Positions 25,531 through 37,304 of a stretch of DNA of 64,000 bases are shown in pieces. Below the pieces are notes generated by a model that worked only from the letters and a program-made list of their open reading frames with translations, was not told where the DNA came from and ran no database searches. The DNA lies in assembly GCF_006345805.1 (NCBI RefSeq), contig NC_043008.1, forward strand, positions 23,064,001 through 23,128,000. The letters run 5' to 3'. Within the stretch, counting starts at the first letter, position 1, and each line of letters starts with the position of its first letter. The DNA is from Octopus sinensis (Eukaryota). A program made the position numbers and the translations under genes.

Positions 25531-26269
25531 TGCTTTTTTTTTTCTACATTTATTGAGAAGGTGTTTATTATTATTTAAAGCAATCTCCAAACACTTTTAG
25601 GTACATAACCCATAGAGACACCTACTATGATAAACTAAATTAGTTGGTGCTGATACATGCAGTACAAACCTTGCTTTTTGAACATTGTCTGATGAAATGA
25701 GCATAGATTACATGTAATATATTGTAATGTTACATAATCATTATTTATGCTTATGATTTCTATTATTGAAACAATTATAATGAAGGAATAAATGTTATAC
25801 CAATACCACCATTTTTAGACTTACTATATTATTCTCTATGACTAACAAATTTACCTTAGAATTTTAGTTTGTTTGGAATGGTCTCCTTTAAGGAAAACTA
25901 TCTATTTTTATGCACTCTGTTAGCCAGTATTCACAGGAGTGCTCAGTGATGAAACTAATTGGATTTCTGATTCCTTTTTATATATAAAGGGGATTCAGAT
26001 ATGAAGTCATGCCTACATCTAATGATTATATATATATATATATATATCATCATCATCATCATCATCACCATCATTGCTTAATGTTCGCCTAAGTGATGAT
26101 GGAGGCAATGATATATATATATATATATAATTTATAGATACAGGCATTACTTTGTAAGGCAAATACCCTTTGAAGATGGGAAAATGTGGTCATCAAGCTG
26201 CTACAAATAATCGAACCTTGTACCTCTCAAATTCCAGAATATATATATATATACATGTACATATATATA

Positions 26270-26455
26270 TTCTTTTATTCTTTTACTCTTTTACTTGTTT
26301 CAGTCATTTGACTGCAGCTATGCTGGAGCTCCACCTTTAGTTGAACAAACTGACTCTAGGACTTATTCTTTGTAAGCCTAGTACTTATGGGGACGTAAAC
26401 ACACCAACATCAGTTGTCAAGCAATGGTGGGAGGACAAACACAGACACACAAATA
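26270..26455 (-). mobile_element. SINE-like repeat 3' part
   Basis: (CTTTTA)n tail followed by gtttcagtcatttgactgc..gctggagc..ggacttattctttgtaagcctagtacttat, embedded in microsatellites. Confidence 0.6.
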
Positions 26456-26685
26456 CATACATATATACATATATATATAAATAGACATGTGTATCTTTTC
26501 CTTGTTAACAATTAACACAGAAAAAATAGATAAATAGTTACCAGGGTAGCAAAAAATCACACAACAAAAAAGGTTGTAACTCCTTGTTTTTAAAGGTAGA
26601 GACTCCAGGTTTACATGAAATATTTTGTATAATAGATATAAATAAATAAATGGAGTTAAATGCGGGTGTTATTTAGATTCTTTTA

Positions 26686-26772
26686 CTTCCGACACATGTT
26701 TCGAAGATATCACCGGTATTATTCCAAAGGAATAAAATGATGTAAAACAATGTAATCTTCTCTTCAGGCAAA
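26686..26772 (-). ncRNA. Type I hammerhead motif in an inverted-repeat PLE-like fragment (26470-26938)
   Basis: Minus strand: tttgc-CTGAAGA-gaagat...atcttc-GAAAC-atgt-GTC-ggaag. Stem II perfect; stem I has one mismatch. Confidence 0.65.
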
Positions 26773-26960
26773 TGAAGAAATGAAACTCGTCAATAAGACA
26801 TTTTAACAGAATATGATGGATATGTATAGTGATATCACTGGTATTATTCCAAGGGAATAATACCAGTGATATCTTCGAAAGGTGTTGGAAGTAAAAGAAT
26901 TTGAATAACCCCTGCGTTTAACTCCATTTATTTATTTATATGTACACACATATGTGTGTA

Positions 26961-26993
<33 letters not shown>

Positions 26994-27014
26994 CTGTGTT
27001 TGTGTGTGTGTGTC

Positions 27015-27045
<31 letters not shown>

Positions 27046-27809
27046 GCTATGCAGTGGGACTGAACCCTGAACCATGTGGTTTGGAAGCAAGTTTCTTACC
27101 ACACAGCTGCACCTGTGCCTATGTATATATATATGCAAATAAGTATCAAGGATGTCCAGGTATCAGTGCATTATAGTCGTTTCAAGTGGCTCCATTTACT
27201 CGATCAATGAAGACATTACACCAATTTGAAAGAAATCACTCTCCTCAGATGCAGGTGACCATATAGATTTCCAACAAAAGATAAGGCATTTTTAGCAAAT
27301 TTAAATCAGTACTAGAAGCCTAAATAATTACATTGTTTCATTATGTTATATTTGTGGAAGAATGAATTTAGAGAATAATGCGTATTTTATTAAGCCTACT
27401 ATAATTTAGAGAGTAGCAGAGAAAAATAGTTGAGATCAAGACAAAGGAGTGGTGATGTAGTTATTTATTTTTATTTTTATTTTTATTTATAAGATTTTAT
27501 GTAGCATATAGTCCATAACCATTTAGAATTAAATCAATTGGTGGTTGTCAGCTATGTTCCAGTTGATGGTGATAAATTGATTAATGTCAGACAACCTCCC
27601 AGACCCTTATTTTACTGGAACCATATATCTAGCTTTATCTACATAAAAAGATATGTGAGAGAACGACAGGTGTTGAAGAGATGATAACTAGAAGAAGGAA
27701 GGCTAGTACTTATTTAGAGTATCAAATAAAAAGGGAATAAATATAATAATTATAATTGGCCCTTTTCATCGATGCAGATGGTCAATTTAGCTTAGAGATC
27801 ACTTAATCA

Positions 27810-28020
27810 AACATATCAGGGGCTCCCTTTCTTGCAGCTTCTTTCATGGCTGATTCTTCCTATGATTGAAGCACAGCTTCTGTCACAGTACTTGTATACC
27901 AAGAGGGTGGCTTGGTATTCTGCATTTCTGTTTTCCTTTCGCTGCTGACGCTTCTAAACTTGTTTGTTTCTGTAGTTGCTCTCTAGCAAAGCAGTTCTTT
28001 CCTTCACCACAGTCTTCTAT
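27810..28020 (-). mobile_element. RTE (BovB-like) C-terminal zinc-finger/3' end remnant
   Basis: Minus translation ..YKYCDRSCASIIGRISHERSCKK resembles the RTE terminal CxxC..SH motif. Confidence 0.5.
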
Positions 28021-28863
28021 GGAATAAATATAGTGAAAAACAAAAGAGGTAAAAATAAGCCCTAAAAGTGGGTATTAGAATTGAGGGATACGGGATGTAG
28101 TAATTCATAACTTAGCAAATTTATTATATTAAATTTAGAAAAGAATTTTAGATCAATATATAGGAAAAGGATAGAAATTAAACCAAAATCCAATAATGGG
28201 GTACTTTAATATATAAGAGAAAGTTCATAAGGCCTTTCCTCAGCATATTGTGGTCATGATAAAACCGTTCCACAATGAATTTATAAATGAAATAAATTAT
28301 CATCTGAGTAGGAGTACATAGTATATATTAAATCAAAACAAGGATTATTATCCCCAATACAAGTTGATAAGTATAAGATATTGAACATATGGAATTGAAT
28401 GTAAGGGGTAATTAAATTAGAGGTATGCTAAAAGTATGATAGAGTACATGCAGAAGTAATAGCTAAATCAATATGGGCACTAACTATTTATTGAATTGAT
28501 GAGAGACACAGAAGATAGAAGATACAAAAATGTTTATTGACTACTACTGTTGTTTTAACCCATCTAGCATCAATCCCCCACAGGTGGGATACTTAACAAC
28601 TGGCTTAGGAATATCTGTCTGTGTAGATGTGTCTCTTCAGGTGATTTTGAAATTTTTTGTTGCTTTAGACAAATGTTTCCCAAAATCAAATAGATACCAT
28701 GCTAGTTTTAATAGACACACAGTGACAGTATTGTATGCTAACTCTATTAATTTAGAGCAGCATATGCACTGCATTAATAATGGTGTAATGAACCAACTGT
28801 TGAATAACCCAGTTACTGGAACTATAACTCATGACAGGTGAACAACATCCAGCTTGACAAATA

Positions 28864-30143
28864 TTAGGTTGCCAAGAAAGTTCTTGCGGTTTTTAACCTT
28901 TAAATTCAGATGCATATATCTTGGCTCAAACAAAACTTTATCAATCGAAATAAACATCATCAGAATCAACACACTTTTGCCAACATGAAACAAGTTTATT
29001 TATGCCAGTAGCATAAAAATCCTGCATTCTGGTGGCGATGAAGTTGTTGAAGGTATGTTTGGCATCATCTTGATTTTTGAAGCATTTCTCACACAGGAAG
29101 TTGTTGAGATGCTTGAAAAAGTGGTAGTTGGTAGGTTAGAGGTCTGGCGAGTATGGTGGATGAGGCAGAGTTTCGTAGCCTAATTTGTTCAACTTATGGA
29201 GGGTCAGTTGTGCGATGTGCGGCCAAGCGTTGTCGTGGAGAAGAATTGGTCCTTTTTTATTGACCAATACTGGCTGTTATTGTTGGAGTTTCTTATGCAT
29301 TTCATCCATTTACTGACAGTACTTCTCCGCTGTCATGGTTTTGCCTGGATACAAAAAGCTGTGATGGATGAGATCGGCTGCAGACCACCAAACAATCACC
29401 ATGACCTTCTTTTGGTGCAACTTTGGCTTCGGGAAGTGCCATGGAGCTTCATTGGTGTCCAACCACTGAGCATCGCCAGTTGTCATAAAGAATCCACTTT
29501 TCATCGCAAGTCACAATCTTGTCAAGAAACGGGTTGTTCTTGTTGCGTAAAAGAAAGGAAGATGACACTTCAAAACGGAATTTTTTTTGGTTCTTGTTCA
29601 ATTTGTGTGGCACCCATTTCTCAAGTATTTTTGTTTTTCCAATCTCTTTAAAGTGGTTGGAAATTGTCGTATACGTTATGTCTAATTCAGAAGCAAGCTC
29701 TCGAACAGTTGTGCGTGGATTGGCTCCCACTAAGGCTATTAGTTGATCGTTGTTAACATTCGATGGCTGACCACTACACTTATCATCTTCAAGACTCTAG
29801 TCACCACTACGAAATTTCTTGAACCGCCATTGTGCTGTATGTTCATTAGTGGTTCCTGGGCCATATGCATTGTTGATATCGCAAGCTGTATTAGCAGCTT
29901 TTTGGCCTAGCTTGAACTGGAATAAGAAAATTGTGCAAATTTTCTTTTTGTCCATGTTGTACTCAACGTTCTGGAAAAAATGGCCTAATTATTCAAAAAG
30001 AAAAAGGATAACTCGATTAGATAGAGTGAAAAGCGGGCTTTAAAATTATATATAAAGTCAAAGTAATTTAATGAAAATCATTTGAAAACACATCACTTAA
30101 AACCAAAATTAAAAATTCCACAAGAACTTTCTTGACAACCTAA
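28864..30143 (-). mobile_element. Mariner DNA transposon, TA TSD
   Basis: TIRs ttaggttgccaagaaagttcttg / caagaactttcttgacaacctaa; transposase remnants WVPHKL, IVTCDEKWILYDN, KVMVIVWW. Confidence 0.92.
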
Positions 30144-31106
30144 TAGAAAAAAAAGCAAATATTTATATCAAAATGCCATAAAGAGAAACACCTGCTGCCA
30201 CCACATTGTAATAGTAGCAATAGTAGTGATATAGCCAACACAACTGGCACATATACAACTAGATCTAATAAATACTCATGCAGAGAAAAATCAAAACGCG
30301 CATTTTTGAACCTCTGTATGAGTATGAACCTTGTATATAAATGTATCACACACAAGGGGAGGACCATATGTTTACATTGGGACAACAGCTGATTCATTCA
30401 AGAATCCTTATCACAACAATGTCGCCAGCTTCAAGAAAATCAACAAGAGGCATTCAACATCTTTGGCTGGTTTTGCGTGGTGATTTAAGGAAGATAAAAT
30501 TGAATATGGTCCATAATAAGGCATGCACTTGGTCCATAATAAGGCATGCACAACCATATAATATTTTTTCCAGGAGATGCAAACTCTGCTCCAATGAATC
30601 CCTGTCTATGCTGTGGACCAATGTGAAGATCATTAATAGGATTTCTGAAAGACTGTCAAGATGCTTACATGCTTATATATGCACTTTTGCACACTGCAGT
30701 GGAAATGAATTTAAGTAATCATTAACCAAATTCATAATCATAATTTACCTTAAGGTATGGATGAATTAAATTTAACTCTAACTCCCCCATTCTTATAATA
30801 CTAAGTAGCTATTTAATTCACTGTGTGAGCAAATGTGCACCAAACCATGCATGTGTGTATGCTTATATCTTCATAAAAGTTTGTATGAGCAAGTGTATGC
30901 ATACCATACAACATAAGCAAAGGCATTTATACATCCATATCTGTTATATTTAATACCTTTTTTTCTGTGTTGTGTATTTGTTTCTTTTTGCATCTGATAT
31001 TTATTATTGATCTTCTATAAAAGTGAAGCTGTATCTCTTAATTTGCCTCTGCACAAATTGAGAAGATATCTTGCGGAACAGTCATTTTAATGTGATACAG
31101 CTTCTA

Positions 31107-31212
31107 ATCTCCTGAAGAGACACATCTGCACCAACAGATACTCCTAAACCCATTGTTAAGCATCCCACCTGTGAGAGATCAATGCTAGATGAGTTGAAAC
31201 AATTGTAGTGAT
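31107..31212 (+). ncRNA. Type I hammerhead motif (PLE 3' pLTR)
   Basis: atctc-CTGAAGA-gacacatct...agatgagtt-GAAAC-AATT-GTA-gtgat. Palindromic loop III; the inverted copy has atcac, which gives a perfect stem I. Confidence 0.7.
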
Positions 31213-31564
31213 CAATAAACATTCTCATATCTGCCATCTTTCGGCTCTCTCATTAACCAAATAACCAATGAACACTGTGAAAGTGAATGTACTTTATCAG
31301 TAGGCTACCTGGTGTATACCATATGATTTATTATCTAATATATATATATGTATATATGTGTATATATATATATGTATGTGTATATATATATATATTGGAA
31401 GGTTTGGAGATGATGTACAGGTATTTTATATTAGAAGAAATGAGGTACTCAGAAATTTGGATGGTTTTATATTTACAGATATTTATTTGTATATTACATG
31501 TTTTTATACATCATATAACTTAGATCATGTATTAGCACTTTCTCCCATTCTAGTGGGGTTTTCA

Positions 31565-32145
31565 AATCGAACTAAGTTATCGAGTATGGCCATTGCATGA
31601 AGCTTAATCAATGTTGTTATCATGCAATGCTTGTGCAAGAAGATTTTTTTTTAAAGTGAGGAAAGGCTGTGCACTGAGTCAATCCCACTCACTAAGCAAC
31701 AGCAGCCATAATCTGAAAAGAAGAACAAGTCAACATCATCGGTAACCACTGAGCCACAGGGTTTTATGTCGGAGTTATCCCAGTTACCTGAGTTACCATC
31801 TCCTAGAAGGATGCCCTAACAAAGGCTAGGAGTCCTTCACTCCCAATGGTTTAATCACACGATCGGGTATTCAGTCCGATTATTTCTTTGTCCCCGCGCA
31901 TGATACAGCCTTAAGACATTTATTGGATGGCCGTTGACTCTCAAGAGTTACTCCACCCTTTGACAGGTTCTGTTTTTCATCCCGCAGGGTGTTCAATAAA
32001 CACCCTCCTCACCAAGCAAGCTTGGTGGGGTTGTCAGTTTAGTTGCCGATGACCCAACCATGCAACAGGTTGTACGGGGTTACATGTTACCAGTAGCACT
32101 CGAAAGTGACCTAACATAAACATACATACATACATACATACATAC
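31565..32145 (+). mobile_element. Short copy (inferred 3' UTR) of an R4/Dong-like RLE retrotransposon, ending in (CATA)n
   Basis: ~560-bp direct repeat of ~33760-34325; both end gtgacct followed by (CATA)n. Confidence 0.7.
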
Positions 32146-32189
32146 ATACATACATGCATGCATGCCTACCTGCCTGCCTGCCTGCTTGC

Positions 32190-34325
32190 ATGCATGCATG
32201 CAATTGTAAGATATATTTTCATCTACCCCTAGATACCTGTAACATTTCTTACATACATACATATATACTTCCCCTGTAGCTGACAAGAAATGTTACAGGT
32301 ATCTAGGGGTGGATGAAAATATATCTTACAATGGCACCTGTAACATATTTTGTTACAGGTGCCATGTCACTAAAGACATTACAGCTGAATAAAGAAAATT
32401 TGGACCTCAGAACTCTCTGCATTCAACAAAAGAGTGGCCCACAGAATGTTTGCAGTGCCAGTACTCATACCAACATTGAGGCTGCTTGATTGGATGCTTG
32501 ATGAAATCTGAGTCATTGATGTGAAAACCCCAAAAATACTATTAACAGTGATGTAGACCACCTCTACCTAAAATCAAAACAATGTGGCAGAGGATTAACA
32601 TCCAAAATGCCTTTGAATGTTGCATTATATCCCTTCAGCAACATCTTCTAACCACCAAGTGTCAAAGTGCATCCCTTGACCAAGTTTGCATACATGAGGC
32701 TGATAACATCATAAGACTTGGAAGGCAGCTCCTTGAACAACAATCGTCTGATAACCTAGGATACATGCCCAAAGAAGTCACACGATTCTACTGCAATGTA
32801 TCATCAGATGAAAGGATGAGCCTATATGAGCAGAAGACTATGCATCGATATGTCAGTAGAAAGTTCCATGATGATAGTAACAGCGATCATCAAAGCAGTT
32901 TATCATGGACGAATAGCTGGATTACTACCTCCTACTTTGAAGGGTATGTGTTTGCAATCAAGGAAAAGGAAACATCAACCAAGTACCTGATGCACAAAAG
33001 GGATAGAGATGCAAGTAAAGCCATAAAATGTGATAACTGATGCAGACTTTGTGGAGTTCACACTGAAGATATCACCCACACCATAAGCAGTTGTCCGAAA
33101 ATGTCATCACGGTATTATCTACCGATGAGACATGACGTTGTAACTAAGACACTCTATAATGAAATTTGTCAGAAGGATAATTCTGAGAACAAAGAAATAA
33201 GAACTCACAATATGGTAGAAGACATAGCCACTCATAATAAAAAGGAATAGTGGTGGAATGTACTAGTGAAGACCTCAATAAAATGGAAGCACAACAGACC
33301 TGATATAATGATTTGGGATAGAGAAGAGAAACTGTGCACAGTTGTGGAAATTAGCTGCCCAGCAGATGTTAACATGAAGCTGAAGATAGTGAAAATAGAA
33401 CACCTATGCTGGACTATTGAGAAATCTGCAGTTACTCTATCCAGATTACAAGTTCAGGTTTATACCTGCAATTATTGGGGCATTGGGATATTTAACACAC
33501 TGCCTAAATACCAATCTTGTGAATTTAGGCTTCTCAAAACCAGAAAGGAGAAAGCTAATTCAAAGACTACAAATCCATTCCATGACTGGAGCTGTAAAAA
33601 TCTGTAGAACTTTCCAGAAGTTTATCATTTAAATATATATGAACATGTTTAGATATGCAACTATATGCATGAGAATACATACATAAAACATACAAATCTG
33701 CATATAGATACATGCATGCATGCATACACACACACACACACATATGGTGGCTGCCCCCTCATTATCGAGTATGGCCATTGCACGAAGCTTAATCAATGTT
33801 GTTATCTTGCAATGCCTGTGCAAGAAGATTTTTTTTTAAAGTGAGGAAAGGCTGTGCACTGAGTCAATCCCACTTACTAAGCAACAGCAGCCATAATCCG
33901 AAAAGAAGAACAAGTCAACATCATCGGTAACCACTGAGCCGCAGGTTTTATGTCGGAGTTATCCTAATTACCTGAGTTACTATCTCCTAGAAGGATGCCC
34001 TAACAAAGGCTAGGAGTCCTTCACTCCCAATGGTTTAACCGCGTGATCGGGTATTCAGTCCGATTATTTCTTTGTCCCCATGCATGATACATCCTTAAGA
34101 TGTTTATTGGATGGCCATTGACTCTCAAGAGTTCCTCCACCCTTTGACAGGCTTTGTTTTTCATCCCGCAGGGTGTCCAATAAACACCCTCCTCACCAAG
34201 CAAGCTTGGTTGGGTTGTCGGTTTAGTTGCCGATGACTTGACCATACAACAGGTTGTACTGGGTTACATGTTACCAGTAGCACTCGAAAGTGACCTGACA
34301 TACATACATACATACATACATACAA
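32190..34325 (+). mobile_element. 5'-truncated R4/Dong-like non-LTR retrotransposon (RT C-terminus + restriction-like endonuclease)
   Basis: YRYLG at start; CRLCGVHTEDITHTISSCP..RHD zinc knuckle; HNRPDIMIWDR..VVEISCPAD RLE motif; IPAIIGALG. Confidence 0.88.
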
Positions 34326-34884
34326 AAATATCCTGTTGTTGATGTTGAAATTCCATTGAAAGAGCTTTGGATCTAGGTTAGGAACTGGTTCTTTCTCTAT
34401 TGGCAAGAAATCTTGAAATAAACTGAATAATGCCATACATACCATACATATGTGCGTATCTATGTGCATGTATACATACATATACATGCATACATACATC
34501 TGTGTGTGAAATAATGTACTCAATATACAAAACAGAGGTGAACATTTTTTATATACTAAAATATGAACTGAATAGATCACCTGACTGTTGGTTTCACATG
34601 AGGAGAACTTGCAATCATCAGAGGTGTCTGCTTGTTCAGATCTCAAACCAGCCTCTGTTATGGGCCTATTTAAATATAGTGGAAAGAAAAGTAAAATAAT
34701 TTTTTCAGTGTTCAGGAAAAGATATTGTTAGTGTAAAGATTCAAAACCAATCAAAGGAATAGAATTGCATATGACTTGAAATATGTAGGTCAGACAAGAA
34801 AAGAAAAGTTAAGAGAAAGAATGAAGAGAATATGAATAGATAAAATAGATAATAAGAAAGAAGGAAAGGAAGAAAACAGTAAAG

Positions 34885-36990
34885 TGATGATGATGATCAT
34901 TATCATCATTTAATATCTGCTTTCCATGCTGGCGTAGGTTGGACAGTTTGACAGGAGCTAGCCAGCTGGGGAACTGTCCAGGCTCCAATTTTCTGTTGTG
35001 GCATGGTTTCTATGGCTGGATGCCCTTCGTAATGCCAACCACTTAACAGAGTATACCAGGTGCTTTGTACATGCCACCTGCATGGGTGCACTTATGCAAC
35101 ACCAGCACAAGTACATTTATGCAGCACCATTATAGGTGCTTTTTATGTGAAAAGACAAGCTTGTATGCATATATGGAAGACAGTGATTTTACTTAATTTG
35201 ATGCTTCTTTTGAAGTACAGCAAATCACCACATCTCCTGGTCCCTTGTTATTTCCTCAGTGAGGCCGAGTGTCAGAAGGTTCTTTCTCTTTACATCATCC
35301 CACGTCTTCTTGGATCTACCCCTTCTACAGATATCCTCCTCGATTAAAGCTCAGCACTTTTTTATGCAGCTGACCTCATCCATACACATCACATGACCAA
35401 ACCAGTGCAGTCTTCTCTCTTGCACACATCTGATGCCTTTTATACTTAGTTTTCCTCTTAAATCATTTATACTCTGTTGTGCATGCACATTGACATTACC
35501 CATTCAGTGGAGCAAGCTAGCTTCATTCCTTTGAAGCCTTCACAAGTTCTCTGTAGTTGAAGCCCATGTTTCACTGCCATGTAACATAGCTGTACGCGCA
35601 CAGGCATTGTACAATCTGCCTTTCACTTTGAGGGAGAAGCCCTTTGTTACCAACAAAGTTAGAAACTTTCTGAACTTTGCCTGGCCCATACTTATTCTAG
35701 CAACTACACTTTTAGAACTGCTTCCTCCACTGCTAACTTGGTCCCCTAGATAACAGAAGCTATCTACTACTTCTAATGACCCTCCGAAACATTTTAGGGA
35801 TTCTCTTGTCTGTGCATTTTTAGTGCTTATTGTACCTGCATATTTGCCACACACAAAGGCTATATTCTCTGTTAACCTTTCTGTGATACTACTACACCTC
35901 TTATGCATCCAAAGCTTGCACTGAGCACAACATATGGAGTTTCTACCAGCATCCTTCTTATATACCAATCAGGGCCATCTCCCTGAAGGGATTTATGATT
36001 TGTCTGTTTTCCTACTTAGTAAGACTTCAGTTTTTGATAAATTAACTCTAAGACCTTTAGACTCCAGGCCTTGTTTCCACACCTGAAATGTCTTCTCTTG
36101 ATCAGATAGTATTCAGCTATAAGAACAAAGTCATCATCATAGAGGAGCTCCCCAGGATAGCCAGTCTTGAATTCCTCTGTTAATGCTTGGAGGACTAAAA
36201 TAAACAAGAGGGGGCTAAGAAATGAACCTTGGTGAACTCCTACCTGTACACTGAATTCCTGGCTATACTCATTCTCAACCTTCATCTTACTGGCAGCATC
36301 CCTGTACATGGCTTGTACAGCTGTCACTAACCACTCATCTATCCCTAGCTTCCATATTGACCACCAGATGAGGGATCAGGTGACACTGTCAAAGGCTTTC
36401 TGCATGTTGACAAGTACAGAGGTTTATTTTTGGCTAAATACTTCTCCTACAGTTGCCTAACCAGGAATATAGTATCAGTCATGTTCCTACCTGGCACAAA
36501 TCCAAACTGCATCTCATTTGTGCTAACTCTTTTCCTAATTAATTGGACTATGACCCTTCCTGTGACTTTCATCACCTGGTCCAGCAATTTGATGCCTCTG
36601 TAATTATTTTTTTCTAAGGCATCACCTTTGCCTTTGTAGCAGTTAACTATAATGCTGTTACACCAATTGTTGGTTATGACTCCCTTGTGGAGAACCTGAT
36701 TAACTATACATGTGGCTAGGCCATTTCCTACTCTGCCAGTTATTGTAAGCATCTCAGGGGTGGTTCTTGATGGACCAGGGGATTTGCCTGTCTTCATCTC
36801 CAGTTTGTATGAGTCTTGCATTAGTAAAGCCCTTAAAATAGGTATGAAAATCATACTTCATTTCCTCCTTGCAATAAATCTGGGGCCTTTTGTGCCAGCT
36901 ATCATGATTTTAATTTTTGTGAAATCTGTTTGTAACATAGCTTCTGGTTTGGCTCACAACTCCCCACTTTCTATCACTTTGCTTGTCTAC
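34885..36990 (-). mobile_element. Degenerate RTE LINE fragment
   Basis: (CAT)n tail and RT fragments NYRGIKLLDQVMKV, GVHQGSFLSPLLF, PHD-like CAQCKLWMHKRC. Confidence 0.9.
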
Positions 36991-37304
36991 TTGTCTGTCT
37001 GTCCTTTTTATTAATTTTTTGTTCAGTATATACTTTCATTCCAGTGAAACAAAGTATTACTTTTTCTGTGCATAAAACGATGGGTTATGCTCCAGGGTGT
37101 AATAATTTAGGTAGAAGATGACAAACTTTATGTAAAGGAACAGTTATTTAAATTGACCCTAGCTCCTACTTGTATTTCCTTTTTTTAATGGCCCCAGAAG
37201 GATTAAAGGCAAAATCAACCTTGGCATGATTCAGACTTAGGACATAAAGGGATGCAACTAAATACTGCAAGGTATTTTGTCTGATGTTTTATTGATTTTG
37301 TTAA

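Larger units (their letters stand above)
28530..31230 (+). mobile_element. 5'-truncated Penelope-like element with inverted 5' pLTR piece, RT-EN linker, GIY-YIG and 3' pLTR hammerhead; split by a mariner
   Basis: Linker ALDKCFPKSNRYHASFNRHTVTVLY (28650-28850). GIY-YIG NLVYKC..YIGTT..WSIIRHAQPYNIFSRRCKLCSNE..LSRCLH (30280-30718). 28530-28645 is the reverse complement homologue of 31107-31230. Confidence 0.85.

Noticed and set aside
25686-25790. CTGATGA...GAAACAATT possible hammerhead
   Set aside because: Stem II is out of register and there is no canonical stem III or cleavage triplet; AT-rich chance match is likely.
31565-34325. 560-bp direct repeats as LTRs
   Set aside because: No TG..CA ends, PBS, PPT or TSD, and the internal protein is an RLE non-LTR type; better explained as tandem 3' ends.
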